Part shown: one piece after another, positions 63,642 through 64,000 of the stretch
How the letters are laid out: every line of letters starts with the position of its first letter
How positions within the stretch are numbered: position 1 is the first letter of the stretch
NCBI GenBank assembly: GCA_943787175.1
Contig: CALSLK010000016.1
Coordinates: 34,649 to 98,648, forward strand
Length of the DNA: 64,000 bases
Direction of reading: 5' to 3'
From: an uncultured Alphaproteobacteria bacterium
GTDB lineage: Bacteria > Pseudomonadota > Alphaproteobacteria > SP197
The notes under the pieces: generated by a model
Databases searched by the model: none
What the model was told of the DNA's origin: nothing
Seen by the model: only the letters and a program-made list of their open reading frames with translations
Translations under genes and position numbers: made by a program

Positions 63642-64000
63642 ATGGAAACGGTCAACACCTATCGCGAGGGCCCCGATGAAGAGGGCCATTTTGGCATGTT
63701 CGGCGGGCGTTATGTCGCTGAAACCTTGATGCCGCTCATTCTGGACCTGGAACAGGCCTGGAAAGATGCCAAGGATGACCCTTCCTTCCAGGCTGAGATC
63801 GACCATTGGGCGAAGCATTATATCGGCCGCCCCAGCCCGCTCTATTTTGCCGAGCGGCTGACCGAGCATCTGGGTGGGGCGAAAGTCTATTTCAAACGCG
63901 ACGAGTTGAACCATACCGGCAGTCACAAGATCAACAATTGCCTGGGCCAGATCCTGCTGGCCAAACGCATGGGCAAAACCCGGTTGATCGCCGAGACCGG
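63642..64000 (+). CDS. trpB: Tryptophan synthase beta chain (5' part, runs off the window)
   Basis: [30 protein letters not shown]...[15 protein letters not shown]. Confidence 0.95.
   Translation, partial: METVNTYREGPDEEGHFGMFGGRYVAETLMPLILDLEQAWKDAKDDPSFQAEIDHWAKHYIGRPSPLYFAERLTEHLGGAKVYFKRDELNHTGSHKINNCLGQILLAKRMGKTRLIAET

Overview
A GC-rich alphaproteobacterial chromosomal window, probably Rhodospirillales sensu lato (inferred from gene order and protein families; exact taxonomy cannot be determined). 1-10.4 kb holds a phage-derived module: CI/LexA-like repressor, perfect alphaproteobacterial LexA box, GcrA-like and DUF6362 regulators, TerS/TerL, T7-type portal, Bbp19-like gene, GH108 endolysin and 3TM holin. 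No integrase, replication, major capsid or tail-tube gene is recognisable, and several genes carry nonsense or frameshift lesions. 10.5-43.9 kb is mostly housekeeping and metabolic: bactofilin, ureEFGD without ureABC, MoxR/VWA, pyrD, frmA-fghA, ibpA with RpoH promoter and ROSE-like thermometer, chvIG, pckA, polA, ogt. The standout is 43.98-46.76 kb: two paralogous precursor-like genes with a shared ~90-aa leader ending GAETDLAQ, followed by perfect tandem (W-x-D) repeats (9 and 29 units). They lie directly upstream of a GrrM/OscB-like radical SAM/SPASM enzyme, making this a candidate poly-cyclophane (triceptide-type) RiPP system. 47.3-54.8 kb is a tRNA-Arg/tRNA-Ala-bounded catabolic islet. 55-64 kb is the conserved aroA-cmk-rpsA-sppA-ihfB-lapA-OCD-pyrF-trpF-trpB region. 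Twelve host genes, including essential rpsA, are broken by clustered indels that most likely reflect unpolished long-read consensus, so all single-base lesions here need read-level confirmation.
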